Counted from the stretch's first letter, positions 49,002-62,657 are shown. The stretch is DNA of 64,000 nucleotides from Bdellovibrionota bacterium (GCA_044347345.1 JBIKUX010000011.1:26502-90501); one strand, 5' to 3'. Numbers and translations are program-made. The notes: generated from the letters alone by a model not told the origin.

Positions 49002-49260
49002 AGAATTTTTAACAATAGTGTGTCTTAGTGAGATGATTTGTAAAAGAGTACGATTTTTTGTGGGAAGAAACTAGAGTCCGATAGATAGATATTTTTTTTG
49101 TAGTTTCTATAAATAAGGACTGCCGATAGTAAAGATTTTTTTGTATTGTGTAGAGAGTGACCACTTGTCTGATTATGGGGGTCACTTAAAGCATAATTAA
49201 ACCAGCATCACGAGGTGGTAAGCTGGGTCAACTATTTAACTTAAAGTGTTAGCCAGCACC

Positions 49261-50670
49261 ATGAAGATTTTGATGCTCGGTTGGGAATACCCTCCGCACA
49301 TAACAGGAGGATTAGGGACAGCTTGCGACGGTTTAACGCGAGCTTTGGCACGCTTAGATATAGGCGTACAATTTGTTGTTCCAGTTACTTACGGTGACGA
49401 AGACGCTACGCACATGAGGTTAAGTAGTGCTGAAGGTATTGCTGGTCAAGCTACTAGTAGTATTTCGCAAAGTGGTGGATACCAAGATGTTAACAATGGT
49501 TTCCCTGAGGAAGTTCGTTTGGCAGCATCGCCAAATGATGATGCAAAAAATGATGATGCAAATTTATCGGTAAGTACTAATATTACTCCCCTCTCTATAT
49601 CTCCTTATTGGAGCCCCGAGGCCTTTAAATCTTACCTATCATTACTTGAAGATGAAAAGATAGCCCCAAATTTACTAGCTCAGTTATTACCTAACCATCT
49701 AGTTGAGAATTATTTTGCAGTAAGACATCGAAGCTCTAGTGGTCAAAGATATAGTAAGGATATTTTTGAAGAGGTTGGTCGCTTTGCGCATAACACCGTT
49801 GGTGGGGCTAGAAATCTAGATTTTGATATTATTCATGCACATGACTGGATGACTTTTCCAGCGGCAGTAGCGCTTAAAAAACTAACAGGTAAGCCGTTAA
49901 TCGTCCATGTTCATAGTCTGGAGTATGATAGAGCAGGTGCTGGTGGAAATGAGATTATAAGGCAGATTGAATCTTTGGGGTTACATAACGCTGATGGGAT
50001 CATTGCTGTCAGTTATTATACTCGTGACCTTATATGTAGGGAGCATGGTGTATCAGGAGAACGGATAACCGTGGTGCATAATGGCGTTTATCCTCGAGAT
50101 GTTCGAGATACTTACCGCTCATGTAGTGCTCATAAAAATCAAAAGATAGTTTTATTTTTGGGGCGAGTTACTTTCCAAAAAGGGCCTGACTATTTTGTTG
50201 AGGCGGCTGCTTCTGTAGTGCCTCACGTGCCGGAAGTTTTGTTTGTTATGGCTGGAGCAGGCGATATGTTGCCTCGCATGATTCAGCGAGTACAAGAGCT
50301 AGGCATTGAAAGAAATTTTGAATTCACCGGATTTTTGAAGGGTGAAGAGGTAGAAAGAATTTTTACGTTGGCTGATCTATATGTCATGCCTTCCGTATCC
50401 GAGCCTTTTGGAATTACTGCATTAGAGGCTATTTCGCACGATACTCCTGTCATTATTTCCCGACAATCTGGTGTCGCTGAAGTATTGCATCATTCGTTAA
50501 AGGTTGATTTTTGGGATACTCATCGCATGGCCGATCTTATGATTAATGGTCTGATTCACGATGAGCTACGAGAAAGCATGGTGTCTATGGCTCGCGAAGA
50601 ATTAAAAAAAGTTAGATGGGATGCCTCAGCGATGAAGGTAGAATCTCTTTACCGCTCTATTCTTTTTTAA
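49261..50670 (+). CDS. GT4 glycosyltransferase, probable glycogen synthase
   Basis: MKILMLGWEYPPHITGGLG, HAHDWMT, GRVTFQKG, EPFGITALEA; adjacent to GH57. Confidence 0.85.
   Translation: MKILMLGWEYPPHITGGLGTACDGLTRALARLDIGVQFVVPVTYGDEDATHMRLSSAEGIAGQATSSISQSGGYQDVNNGFPEEVRLAASPNDDAKNDDANLSVSTNITPLSISPYWSPEAFKSYLSLLEDEKIAPNLLAQLLPNHLVENYFAVRHRSSSGQRYSKDIFEEVGRFAHNTVGGARNLDFDIIHAHDWMTFPAAVALKKLTGKPLIVHVHSLEYDRAGAGGNEIIRQIESLGLHNADGIIAVSYYTRDLICREHGVSGERITVVHNGVYPRDVRDTYRSCSAHKNQKIVLFLGRVTFQKGPDYFVEAAASVVPHVPEVLFVMAGAGDMLPRMIQRVQELGIERNFEFTGFLKGEEVERIFTLADLYVMPSVSEPFGITALEAISHDTPVIISRQSGVAEVLHHSLKVDFWDTHRMADLMINGLIHDELRESMVSMAREELKKVRWDASAMKVESLYRSILF
49533..49562. repeat. 15-bp perfect tandem duplication AAATGATGATGCAAA x2
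   Basis: Read directly; gives NDDAKNDDAN in the GT4 insertion. Confidence 0.85.
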
Positions 50671-50813
50671 AATTCAAAATCGATCAGTATCCCCCTTGTG
50701 AGGAGAGCCTGAGTGTGAAAAATATCGTAAAGATAAAGTTCTTTTAGGTATAAGCTTTCATCTAAGCTGTAACCGAAAGAACGCTTAGTAGTTTAGAAAG
50801 AAGGAGACTCTTT

Positions 50814-52097
50814 ATGCCGTCCGTTTGTTTTTACTTTCAGGTTCATCAGCCGTATCGGTTAAGGAGATTTTCTTTTTTTGATTCGGGTCAATCTTTTTCA
50901 TACTTTGATGATGAAAAAAACAGAGCAATCATGCGTAAGGTTGCTGATAAATGTTACCTTCCTACAAACAGACTACTTCTTGATTTAATTCATAGGTATC
51001 AAGGTGCCTTTAAAGTAGCTTTTTCAGTTAGTGGGGTAGCGCTTGATCAAATGGCTGAATACGCGCCAGAGGTTTTAGCTTCTTTTCAGCAATTAGCGGC
51101 AACTGGAGCTGTAGAGTTTATCGGCGAGACTTACTATCACTCTCTTGCTGGTGTGTACTCTCCTGAGGAGTTTCATGAGCAGGTAGGATTACATCGTAAA
51201 AAAATTAAACAACTCTTCGGTCAAGAGCCAACAATTTTCCGTAATACAGAGCTTATATACAATGACATGATAGCTGCTCGAGTAGCACCGCTTGGGTTTA
51301 AGGGAATTATTGCAGAGGGATGCGATGACATTCTCCAGTGGCGTTCGCCTAATTTTGTCTACAAGACGGGCGGGCAAGATATGGCTCTTCTTTTAAAGAA
51401 TTACCGACTATCAGATGATATTGCTTTTAGGTTTGGTAACCGAGGATGGGAGGCCTATCCTCTAACAGCAGAGAAGTTTGCATATTGGGTTCATTCGGTA
51501 AGTGGTAACGGCGAAACCGTAAATCTATTTATGGATTATGAAACCTTTGGTGAGCATCAATGGGCCGATACGGGCATTTTTGAATTTATGAAACATTTAC
51601 CGGAGCGAATTTTCGCCCATCCTGATTGGAATTTTGCTTCTCCTTCTGAGGTTGTGAGTAGATACCCACAGGTTGCAGAATTAGGTGTTCATCGTCTTAC
51701 TTCGTGGGCTGATATTGATCGTGATCTTACTGCATGGAACGGTAATCGTATTCAAGAGAGTGCTCTCCGTCAGATTTACGAATTGTGCCATGCGGCTCAG
51801 TGGAGCGGAGATGAAGAAATTCTTTCAGTATGGAGAAAACTTCAGACTTCAGATCATTTTTATTATATGTGTACTAAGTGGTGTGCCGACGGAGACGTGC
51901 ATGCTTACTTTAGCCCGTATGAAAATCCATACGAAGCATTTATAAATTACATGAATGTGCTACGTCACTTTAGAGATCAGCTTATTTCAAAAAGTTCGAA
52001 AAAAGCAGTTACTCGTTCAGTCACTGCTAAAGGTGATTTTAATAGTAGCAATGGTTCAAAACTAAGTTCTTTAGGCCATCAAGCTGAGGCAGCGTAA
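50814..52097 (+). CDS. Glycoside hydrolase family 57 (alpha-amylase-like)
   Basis: FQVHQP, ETYYHSL, RNTEL nucleophile, DYETFGEH acid/base, LQTSDHFYYM. Confidence 0.92.
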   Translation: MPSVCFYFQVHQPYRLRRFSFFDSGQSFSYFDDEKNRAIMRKVADKCYLPTNRLLLDLIHRYQGAFKVAFSVSGVALDQMAEYAPEVLASFQQLAATGAVEFIGETYYHSLAGVYSPEEFHEQVGLHRKKIKQLFGQEPTIFRNTELIYNDMIAARVAPLGFKGIIAEGCDDILQWRSPNFVYKTGGQDMALLLKNYRLSDDIAFRFGNRGWEAYPLTAEKFAYWVHSVSGNGETVNLFMDYETFGEHQWADTGIFEFMKHLPERIFAHPDWNFASPSEVVSRYPQVAELGVHRLTSWADIDRDLTAWNGNRIQESALRQIYELCHAAQWSGDEEILSVWRKLQTSDHFYYMCTKWCADGDVHAYFSPYENPYEAFINYMNVLRHFRDQLISKSSKKAVTRSVTAKGDFNSSNGSKLSSLGHQAEAA

Positions 52098-52148
52098 GCT
52101 TTTTAAATAGTGTAAGCTTTTTAAATAGTGTAAGCTTTTTTAATAGTG
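52094..52148. repeat. 18-bp tandem repeat GTAAGCTTTTTAAATAGT x3
   Basis: Read directly; third copy has one mismatch; first copy contains the GH57 stop codon. Confidence 0.9.
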
Positions 52149-52216
52149 CTTCTCGAAGAAGCTCACGCAGTATAAGTAAGTTATCCGTTAAAGATAAAAA
52201 ATTAAAGTTTTGACGG

Positions 52217-52996
52217 TTAACTTATCAACTGCGTTACTTGTTTACTCAAAAGCAGCACCACAACGGTTATCAAGACGAGTCGCACAAAACGCGCTCCCTT
52301 AGTCAAAGCGAGATGTGCGCCTACTATAGAACCAATGATGTTGGCTGTAGCCATAGCGAAGCCTAACTTAAAATTAACGTTTCCGTTTGGTATAAAGTAG
52401 GCCAGAGCCGCAAGGTTTGTAGCTACGTTCATCATCTTTGCTAAGGTAGATGCCCGAATAAAATCAAATCCAAGCAGAGTAATTAGCGCAACCAGCATAA
52501 AGCTTCCAGCACCTGGACCAAAGAATCCATCGTAAAATCCCAATACTCCACCTATAGAACCCGTAACTAAAAGGGTTATAACTTTTTGCTTTTTTCCTTT
52601 AGTTAAAGGTGCTGTGCAAGAGGCTCCCAAAGTGGGCTTAGATACTGTGTAAATTAGCACTAGAGCGAGAGCTACTATGACTAATGGTCGTAAAAATGAT
52701 GGGTCTAAAATTGAGACGGAATATGCCCCTAAAAAAGAAAAACAAAATGCAGTACCTGCCGCTACTAGTAAGATTTTTAGTGGCAGGGCATGTGTTCTAT
52801 AATAGCGTATCAAGGCAACAGTAGTGCCAAAGCAGCTAGCGAATTTATTTGTGCCGAGAAGTTGCACTACTGGTGTAGATGGAAACGCTACTAAGAGAGC
52901 TGGTAGCTGAATTAGACCTCCACCACCACTTACAGCATCGACAAGTCCAGCTAGAAAGGCAAATGCAGCTAAAGATAGGTAGGGTATAGTTTCCAT
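52217..52996 (-). CDS. TauE/SafE (TSUP) family membrane protein
   Basis: AGLVDAVSGGGGLI, GTNK, GFYDGFFGPGAGSF. Confidence 0.9.
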   Translation of the reverse strand: METIPYLSLAAFAFLAGLVDAVSGGGGLIQLPALLVAFPSTPVVQLLGTNKFASCFGTTVALIRYYRTHALPLKILLVAAGTAFCFSFLGAYSVSILDPSFLRPLVIVALALVLIYTVSKPTLGASCTAPLTKGKKQKVITLLVTGSIGGVLGFYDGFFGPGAGSFMLVALITLLGFDFIRASTLAKMMNVATNLAALAYFIPNGNVNFKLGFAMATANIIGSIVGAHLALTKGARFVRLVLITVVVLLLSKQVTQLIS

Positions 52997-53084
52997 TACT
53001 GATAATTTAATACCGAAATTTCACCTTATTCGATTGAAAGAAGAATAAGCTAGTAAGATAGATGTAAATACTTTAGTAAAAAAG

Positions 53085-53160
53085 TCTCCCTGACCCCGAA
53101 GTCCCTGAGACTTGGTCTCTTGGTTTCCCTTGGTCTCCCCACTTGGTCTCTCCCTTTGGT
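53085..53160. repeat. Degenerate CTTGGTYTC micro-repeat array
   Basis: CTTGGTYTC at 53111, 53119, 53129 and 53142, plus partial copies. Confidence 0.65.
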
Positions 53161-54404
53161 TAGGAGTCGGGAGTTGAATCGGTGGGAGTCGTTGCCTTGC
53201 AGAGTTGCTGGACAGAAAGAGTAATGAAAGGAGTGAGTGCAGTGACTGCAAAAATAAGAAAGCGATTACTCACTGAGCTTACGTTCCATTCGTTGTATTT
53301 GGCGATAAAGACCACTTGGGCGCAAAGCGCAACTAGTAAGCTAAAGGCTTCGTTACGATGAGGATGACGAAGCATTGGAAATACTCCCCAGAGCCCGATA
53401 AATAATATTGGATTAGTAGCTAAGATACCGTGCATTGAGTCAATTAATACTCTACTAATTCCAGTAAGAAGTGGCTGTTGAAAATCGGCGGTGTGGCTCA
53501 CCACTTGTAGCCCTAATTCAGTGATTGTGGCTATCCGCTGATATCCAGTCGTGAATGGTGAACCAAACAAAACGTAATTTAACCAAAGATAGGGAGTAAG
53601 GCCGGCACATAAACCTCCTACAAGAGCACAGATGTCGCGCGCTGTTGTGCTGCGTTTTGCCAGAATTGTGCAGGCCGTGGCAAATGCAAGTGCTAAAGCT
53701 ATAGGAGCGCTAGATAGCTTTATAGCTACAGCAAGGCCAATAAGAAGTCCAGAAAATGAATACCACAATCGCCGCAAACTAAGTAAGCTCGAGGTCAACA
53801 ATAAGCCAGAAAGAAGATCAGGTGACACATTGTAAACGTAGGGGAGTAGAAGCGTACCCATTCCAAGTAGATATGCGGTAAATCCTGCGATTATATCGGT
53901 TGAGTACCTTCGTGCCAGCTCAAATAGCATCACTCCGAGAAGAGCCATAAATAGTATATTTGCTATTAGTAGGCCACGTGTACCAGCAACTAGATAAAAA
54001 GGAAAAACTAAGTATGCAAAAACAGGTGAATGTTTAAGGGTAAGAGAGCTATTCTTATCTATCGCCAGTTGACGGTCATAAATACTGCGCTCAATTAAAC
54101 GCTGGTCGAGGTTATTGCCAATCTTAACGTCGCGATCAACTAACAGTGATTCACAAGCTAATGCATAGTAAGTGGCATCGCCCCATAGAGATCCGTTTGG
54201 CTCTTCGTCTACCAGTTTAAGAAAGGGTACGTATGAGAGCATGAGTAGAAGAAGAAAAATTGCCCCTCTTCGATGCCAAGGTGTCATATTTTTCCAATTA
54301 ATAAATTTCAGAAACTTCCTGTTTGGGATGTAAAGTCTCTTCCTAGAACTAGTAAAAAGTTTATCCAGTAACCAATTTTTTTTAAAATAAATGCAATATT
54401 GCAT
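53160..54404 (-). CDS. GT-C-like membrane glycosyltransferase
   Basis: WGDATYY first-loop motif, SPDL, IKL, NYVLFGSPFTTGY, SNRF; true start may be the later MTPW. Confidence 0.7.
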   Translation of the reverse strand: MQYCIYFKKNWLLDKLFTSSRKRLYIPNRKFLKFINWKNMTPWHRRGAIFLLLLMLSYVPFLKLVDEEPNGSLWGDATYYALACESLLVDRDVKIGNNLDQRLIERSIYDRQLAIDKNSSLTLKHSPVFAYLVFPFYLVAGTRGLLIANILFMALLGVMLFELARRYSTDIIAGFTAYLLGMGTLLLPYVYNVSPDLLSGLLLTSSLLSLRRLWYSFSGLLIGLAVAIKLSSAPIALALAFATACTILAKRSTTARDICALVGGLCAGLTPYLWLNYVLFGSPFTTGYQRIATITELGLQVVSHTADFQQPLLTGISRVLIDSMHGILATNPILFIGLWGVFPMLRHPHRNEAFSLLVALCAQVVFIAKYNEWNVSSVSNRFLIFAVTALTPFITLSVQQLCKATTPTDSTPDS

Positions 54405-54456
54405 TTATTTTTAGTATAACGTCCATGATGTTTAATTTATAAGGGCTTGTAGTGAT

Positions 54457-54792
54457 ATGCTTTCTAATCAACCTTCAGCAAACCAGGGAATAAACGAGGT
54501 AAAAGACAGATGTCGACAAATTTTTAAAGTAGCTTACGTAGCTCTGGAAATTGAAGTATCTCAGTTCGCGGAAGAGCACTTCTCAGAGCTTAAGCAGGCT
54601 TGCTTCAAAATTTCTGTAGAAAACCAAGAATATGATGGTGAGTTTAAATCTGCATCATTAGCTGTACAAGAGGCATTTGGCAATTTAACCGCTGAAGAAA
54701 AAGATCAATTAAAAGAGACACAAGCCTACAAACCGCTTATTTTTGCCTTCGCGGCCATTACTGAAATAGCCCGTGCCGAAAATTGGCAATAG
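54457..54792 (+). CDS. Hypothetical acidic helical protein
   Basis: 111-aa ORF in an otherwise empty gap; no recognised motif. Confidence 0.55.
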   Translation: MLSNQPSANQGINEVKDRCRQIFKVAYVALEIEVSQFAEEHFSELKQACFKISVENQEYDGEFKSASLAVQEAFGNLTAEEKDQLKETQAYKPLIFAFAAITEIARAENWQ

Positions 54793-54910
54793 TCAATCGA
54801 GACGCTAGGATAGTTAGTTTTTGAGCAATTAAAAACTGGTAACATGTAGAAGTCCCTTTTTTCACGACATGCTATTTTATTTCAGCTCTGTTTCTTGTCT
54901 GTTGGAAAGC

Positions 54911-54946
54911 ACAATATCTGGCAGAGCAACAATATCTGGCAGAGTA
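54911..54946. repeat. 18-bp tandem duplication ACAATATCTGGCAGAGYA x2
   Basis: Read directly; one mismatch; intergenic. Confidence 0.85.
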
Positions 54947-55052
54947 AGGGTGATTATTTTTGGAGACTTTCGAATTAATTAATTAATAAGATAAGAGGTC
55001 GGATTTTTCTTGATGTCCGAACAGTTTCTTAAATACGAAAGCAACGCGCGGA

Positions 55053-55790
55053 TTAAGAAGGCTCATTTTCATTACATGAGGCTCTTATTTCATTGGTATG
55101 TGATTGAGATAAGGCAAGCTTACCCATCTTTAGAGAATAAATATTAATTGGTAGAACATTTCTCCAGATACGCATCCTAGATTCGAAGCACTGTTGATGA
55201 ACAACTTCAAAAAATCGCTCCAATTCTTTTAATCGATTGCGTCTTTCGGGAAATGATACTAATTTTCCCAATAAATGTAGCGCGATATACTGATAGTAGG
55301 TCATTACAGTTTCAGAGGTGCTGAGCCGTGCAAGTTTTAAAAATATTTCTTGGGTCAATTGAACTGAAAAATTAAGAAAGGGTAGGGCACAAATAATTAC
55401 ATCGAACTTACTGTCCTCTGTTAGAGCCTGAATGGGTCCAGCAAACACTAATACGGTGCGATCTTGATTCTGGTGAGAAGGGTGAGTTTTTACTCTTGAT
55501 TCCAATAAAGGTAGAAACTTGTCGTTCATTTCACACGTTACAAAGTGGTCGCCTTCAACAAGCATATCTAAAATTACGCTAGTTACCGACCCTGTTCCAG
55601 CTCCGACCTCTAAAATCTTCATTGGTTTACGCGGCAGCTTAAGCGGGCTGCTAAGAGCCTCACCTGCATATCTAGTTGTTGAGCACAGTGAACCCGTATC
55701 ATGAAATTTGGTAATACCTTCCTTTAAGAAAGCTATTAATTCCCCAATTTTTTTTGAAGAGGCTTCAGCATTTAGCAAAGTGCCTGACAT
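55053..55790 (-). CDS. PmtA/OlsG-like lipid N-methyltransferase (SAM-dependent)
   Basis: GSLCSTT, ILEVGAGTGSVT, FDVIICALPFLNF, YYQY. Confidence 0.75.
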   Translation of the reverse strand: MSGTLLNAEASSKKIGELIAFLKEGITKFHDTGSLCSTTRYAGEALSSPLKLPRKPMKILEVGAGTGSVTSVILDMLVEGDHFVTCEMNDKFLPLLESRVKTHPSHQNQDRTVLVFAGPIQALTEDSKFDVIICALPFLNFSVQLTQEIFLKLARLSTSETVMTYYQYIALHLLGKLVSFPERRNRLKELERFFEVVHQQCFESRMRIWRNVLPINIYSLKMGKLALSQSHTNEIRASCNENEPS

Positions 55791-55809
55791 AACAAAGTGC
55801 CTGACATAA
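55776..55809. repeat. 17-bp perfect tandem duplication CAAAGTGCCTGACATAA x2 spanning a start codon
   Basis: Read directly. Confidence 0.9.
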
Positions 55810-55987
55810 AAATAAAGGTGCCAACTAAAAAGTTGTTAACAAATTATTACCACGTGGAGTATACACTGTCTTTGAAATCAGCCCAACTGGCTTCTAGTGT
55901 TACCTTACTGTAAAATTTTACTTTAGTATTTTCTAGTTCTATTGGGCAATAATTCAAAATAAAAGCTAGAGTGACAAGGAATGTTGT

Positions 55988-57628
55988 ATGAATACTAGAG
56001 AGTTGTTTCTGCACGAAAATAAGTGGCAAGAGTTTATCAACAATTATCTTGCTGTCCCAGAGCTTCAATTAACTATCGAGTACTCGGGTATGAATCTTCA
56101 TGAATCTTATGGGAAACGTGCCAAGAAGATGATTGACTTGGCTTTTAATGAAATGGAGGAGCTTGAGCGCGGAGTTATTGTAAATCATGATGAAGGGCGA
56201 AAAGTTGGGCACTATTGGTTGCGTTCGCCAAGTCTTGCACCTAGTGCTGAAATAACCGATGCGATACACACCACAAATGAGCGAATACGAAAGTTTGCTG
56301 ACCAGATCCTAAAAGGCGAGATATTAGGCGATAGCAATCAGCAGTTTCGAGCCGTTGTCTTAATTGGCATTGGTGGTTCAGCACTAGGGCCTCAATTTGT
56401 AAACAGAGCCCTAGTCAGAGGAAATCATGGCTTATCTCTTTATGTAGTAGACAATACAGATCCAGATGAAATTGTGCAGACTCTCCGAGTTTTACCACCT
56501 CTAGACCGTGTATTGGTTATCGTAACCTCTAAATCGGGAGGAACTAAAGAAACTCGAAATGCTATGTTAGTCTTTCAAGAAGCTTACAGGAGGATAGGCC
56601 TCAACCCATCTTCTTATTTTGTAGCTGTGACATTAGAAGATAGCGACCTTAGTAAACAAGCAAAGCAAGAGAACTGGCTGGAAATATTTCCCATTTGGGA
56701 TTGGGTTGGTGGAAGGACTAGTGAGTTTAGTGCTGTTGGGCTTCTTCCTGCGGCTCTCTGTGGAGTAAATATAGACCGCCTTTTGGCTGGGGCTTCTGCT
56801 ATGGACGCCGTTACTCGTAGGAAAAATTGGGTGCAGAATCCTGCTATGATTCTTGCTCTGTGCTGGTTTAATGCCTCCTCTGGCAAGGGTAATAAAGCCA
56901 TGATTGTGTTGCCTTATAAAGATAGATTAGAGCTCTTTTCGCGATACCTTCAGCAACTCGTCATGGAGAGCCTGGGTAAAGAGTTTGATAGAGACGGCCG
57001 ACTTGTTGAGCAAGGGCTCACAATATTTGGTAACAAAGGCTCTACTGACCAGCACGCATATGTCCAGCAATTGCGGGATGGTATTGATAACTTTTTTGTA
57101 AACTTTATTCAGGTAAAGTCTGAGAGTGACAGGGATAATCGGCAAGATGAATTGTCTCTACTAGGCCAATATGAGGTTGAAAAAGGCGTTACAGCGGGTG
57201 ATTATTTGCACGGTTTTCTTCAGGGCACTAAAGAAGCTCTCAGTGAAAAAGGACGTCAGCACTTATCTGTTTGTTTTGAGCGGATTACTGAAGAATCAAT
57301 TGGAAGCTTAATTGCTTTATACGAAAGAGCTGTCGGATTTTATGCGAGTTTTATAAATGTAAATGCTTATCACCAGCCAGGCGTAGAAGCGGGAAAAAGA
57401 GCAGCTAACGAGATAATAAAGCTCCAAAGACAGATACTTGATTATTTCAGAGATAATTCTGATGGCATAAGCCTAGAAAATCTGTGCGTGAGGCTAAATA
57501 TAGAGCAAAAAGAAAGATGCTTTCACGTTATTTCACACCTAGTCTCTACAGGCCGTCTACAGATTAGCGGGGATCTAAAAGATCCTAGCTCTAAAGTTTT
57601 TTACTATCAAAAAAAGAAAAATCCGTAG
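55988..57628 (+). CDS. pgi: Glucose-6-phosphate isomerase
   Basis: VGHYWLR, IGIGGSALG, SKSGGT, VGGRTS, MESLGKE, STDQHAY, QPGVEAGK. Confidence 0.96.
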   Translation: MNTRELFLHENKWQEFINNYLAVPELQLTIEYSGMNLHESYGKRAKKMIDLAFNEMEELERGVIVNHDEGRKVGHYWLRSPSLAPSAEITDAIHTTNERIRKFADQILKGEILGDSNQQFRAVVLIGIGGSALGPQFVNRALVRGNHGLSLYVVDNTDPDEIVQTLRVLPPLDRVLVIVTSKSGGTKETRNAMLVFQEAYRRIGLNPSSYFVAVTLEDSDLSKQAKQENWLEIFPIWDWVGGRTSEFSAVGLLPAALCGVNIDRLLAGASAMDAVTRRKNWVQNPAMILALCWFNASSGKGNKAMIVLPYKDRLELFSRYLQQLVMESLGKEFDRDGRLVEQGLTIFGNKGSTDQHAYVQQLRDGIDNFFVNFIQVKSESDRDNRQDELSLLGQYEVEKGVTAGDYLHGFLQGTKEALSEKGRQHLSVCFERITEESIGSLIALYERAVGFYASFINVNAYHQPGVEAGKRAANEIIKLQRQILDYFRDNSDGISLENLCVRLNIEQKERCFHVISHLVSTGRLQISGDLKDPSSKVFYYQKKKNP

Positions 57629-57634
57629 ATCCCC

Positions 57635-57761
57635 TTGTACACTCAAAAAGCCTGTGCTAGCTTCTCGTTCCCAGTTGAGTTTTTGACTATCTAAACAGAC
57701 TTAGAAAATCAAAAAAAACTTTAAAAAAAGGGTTGCAAGCAATCCGAAATTAAAGTACAAC
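57635..57761 (+). promoter_or_regulatory. Tandem sigma70-type rrn promoters
   Basis: TTGTAC-N17-TAGCTT (57635-57663, with extended TG) and TTGCAA-N17-TACAAC (57733-57761) preceded by an A-tract UP-like element. Confidence 0.5.
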
Positions 57762-57810
57762 AGGGAGCCTCTTAAAAAGTAAGCAAAAGCAGACAATTTA
57801 AGAGAACAAT

Positions 57811-57897
57811 TGAGAATGGGTAGAGGTCACATAAGTTTGTCAAGCGACAAGTCATGCTAAGGATCTGGCGAGGTAACTCGTGTCTCAAGTTTCTAGG
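57811..57897 (+). other. 16S leader arm of the RNase III processing stem
   Basis: TGAGAATGGGTAGAGGTCACAT (57811-57832) is near-complementary to ATGTGGCCTCTATCGATTCTCA (59602-59623) in the spacer. Confidence 0.7.
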
Positions 57898-57942
57898 AAA
57901 TAATTTACAAAAGCGGAAACGCTTTGCGTAGCAAATTTAAAA

Positions 57943-59460
<1,518 letters not shown>

Positions 59461-59724
59461 AGGAGTCCTAGGTAACCTAATCGAAAGTGAAGTGTACCTT
59501 GAAAAGCATTGTAAAGGCTCAATGTCTAAACATGCTGGACACCTAGACAAGAACAACTTGAGGTAATCTTTAGTAAGAGTTTAGCTTGGCAAATGCTACG
59601 CATGTGGCCTCTATCGATTCTCAAAAAGGGAATCACAAAAAATTATATATTGGGTAGTAGAAGATCAAGAGCATATGTCTCGAGTGCACCTGGAAGTATA
59701 TCTTCTAAGGCTAAAATTTGAAAA

Positions 59725-62657
<2,933 letters not shown>

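Noticed and set aside
53111..53150. Three GGTCTC (BsaI) sites as a cloning scar
   Set aside because: All have the same orientation within a degenerate natural repeat, and there is no vector sequence.
1611..57145. Numerous 60-150 aa ORFs antisense to or nested in well-supported genes (e.g. 1611-1967, 7593-8036, 30119-30508, 33930-34256, 39610-40041, 53021-53251)
   Set aside because: No motifs, and they overlap confidently identified genes on the opposite strand or in another frame.
59461..59724. tRNA-Ile/Ala in the 16S-23S spacer
   Set aside because: No T-loop GTTCRA or cloverleaf seen; the spacer is largely explained by processing-stem arms.
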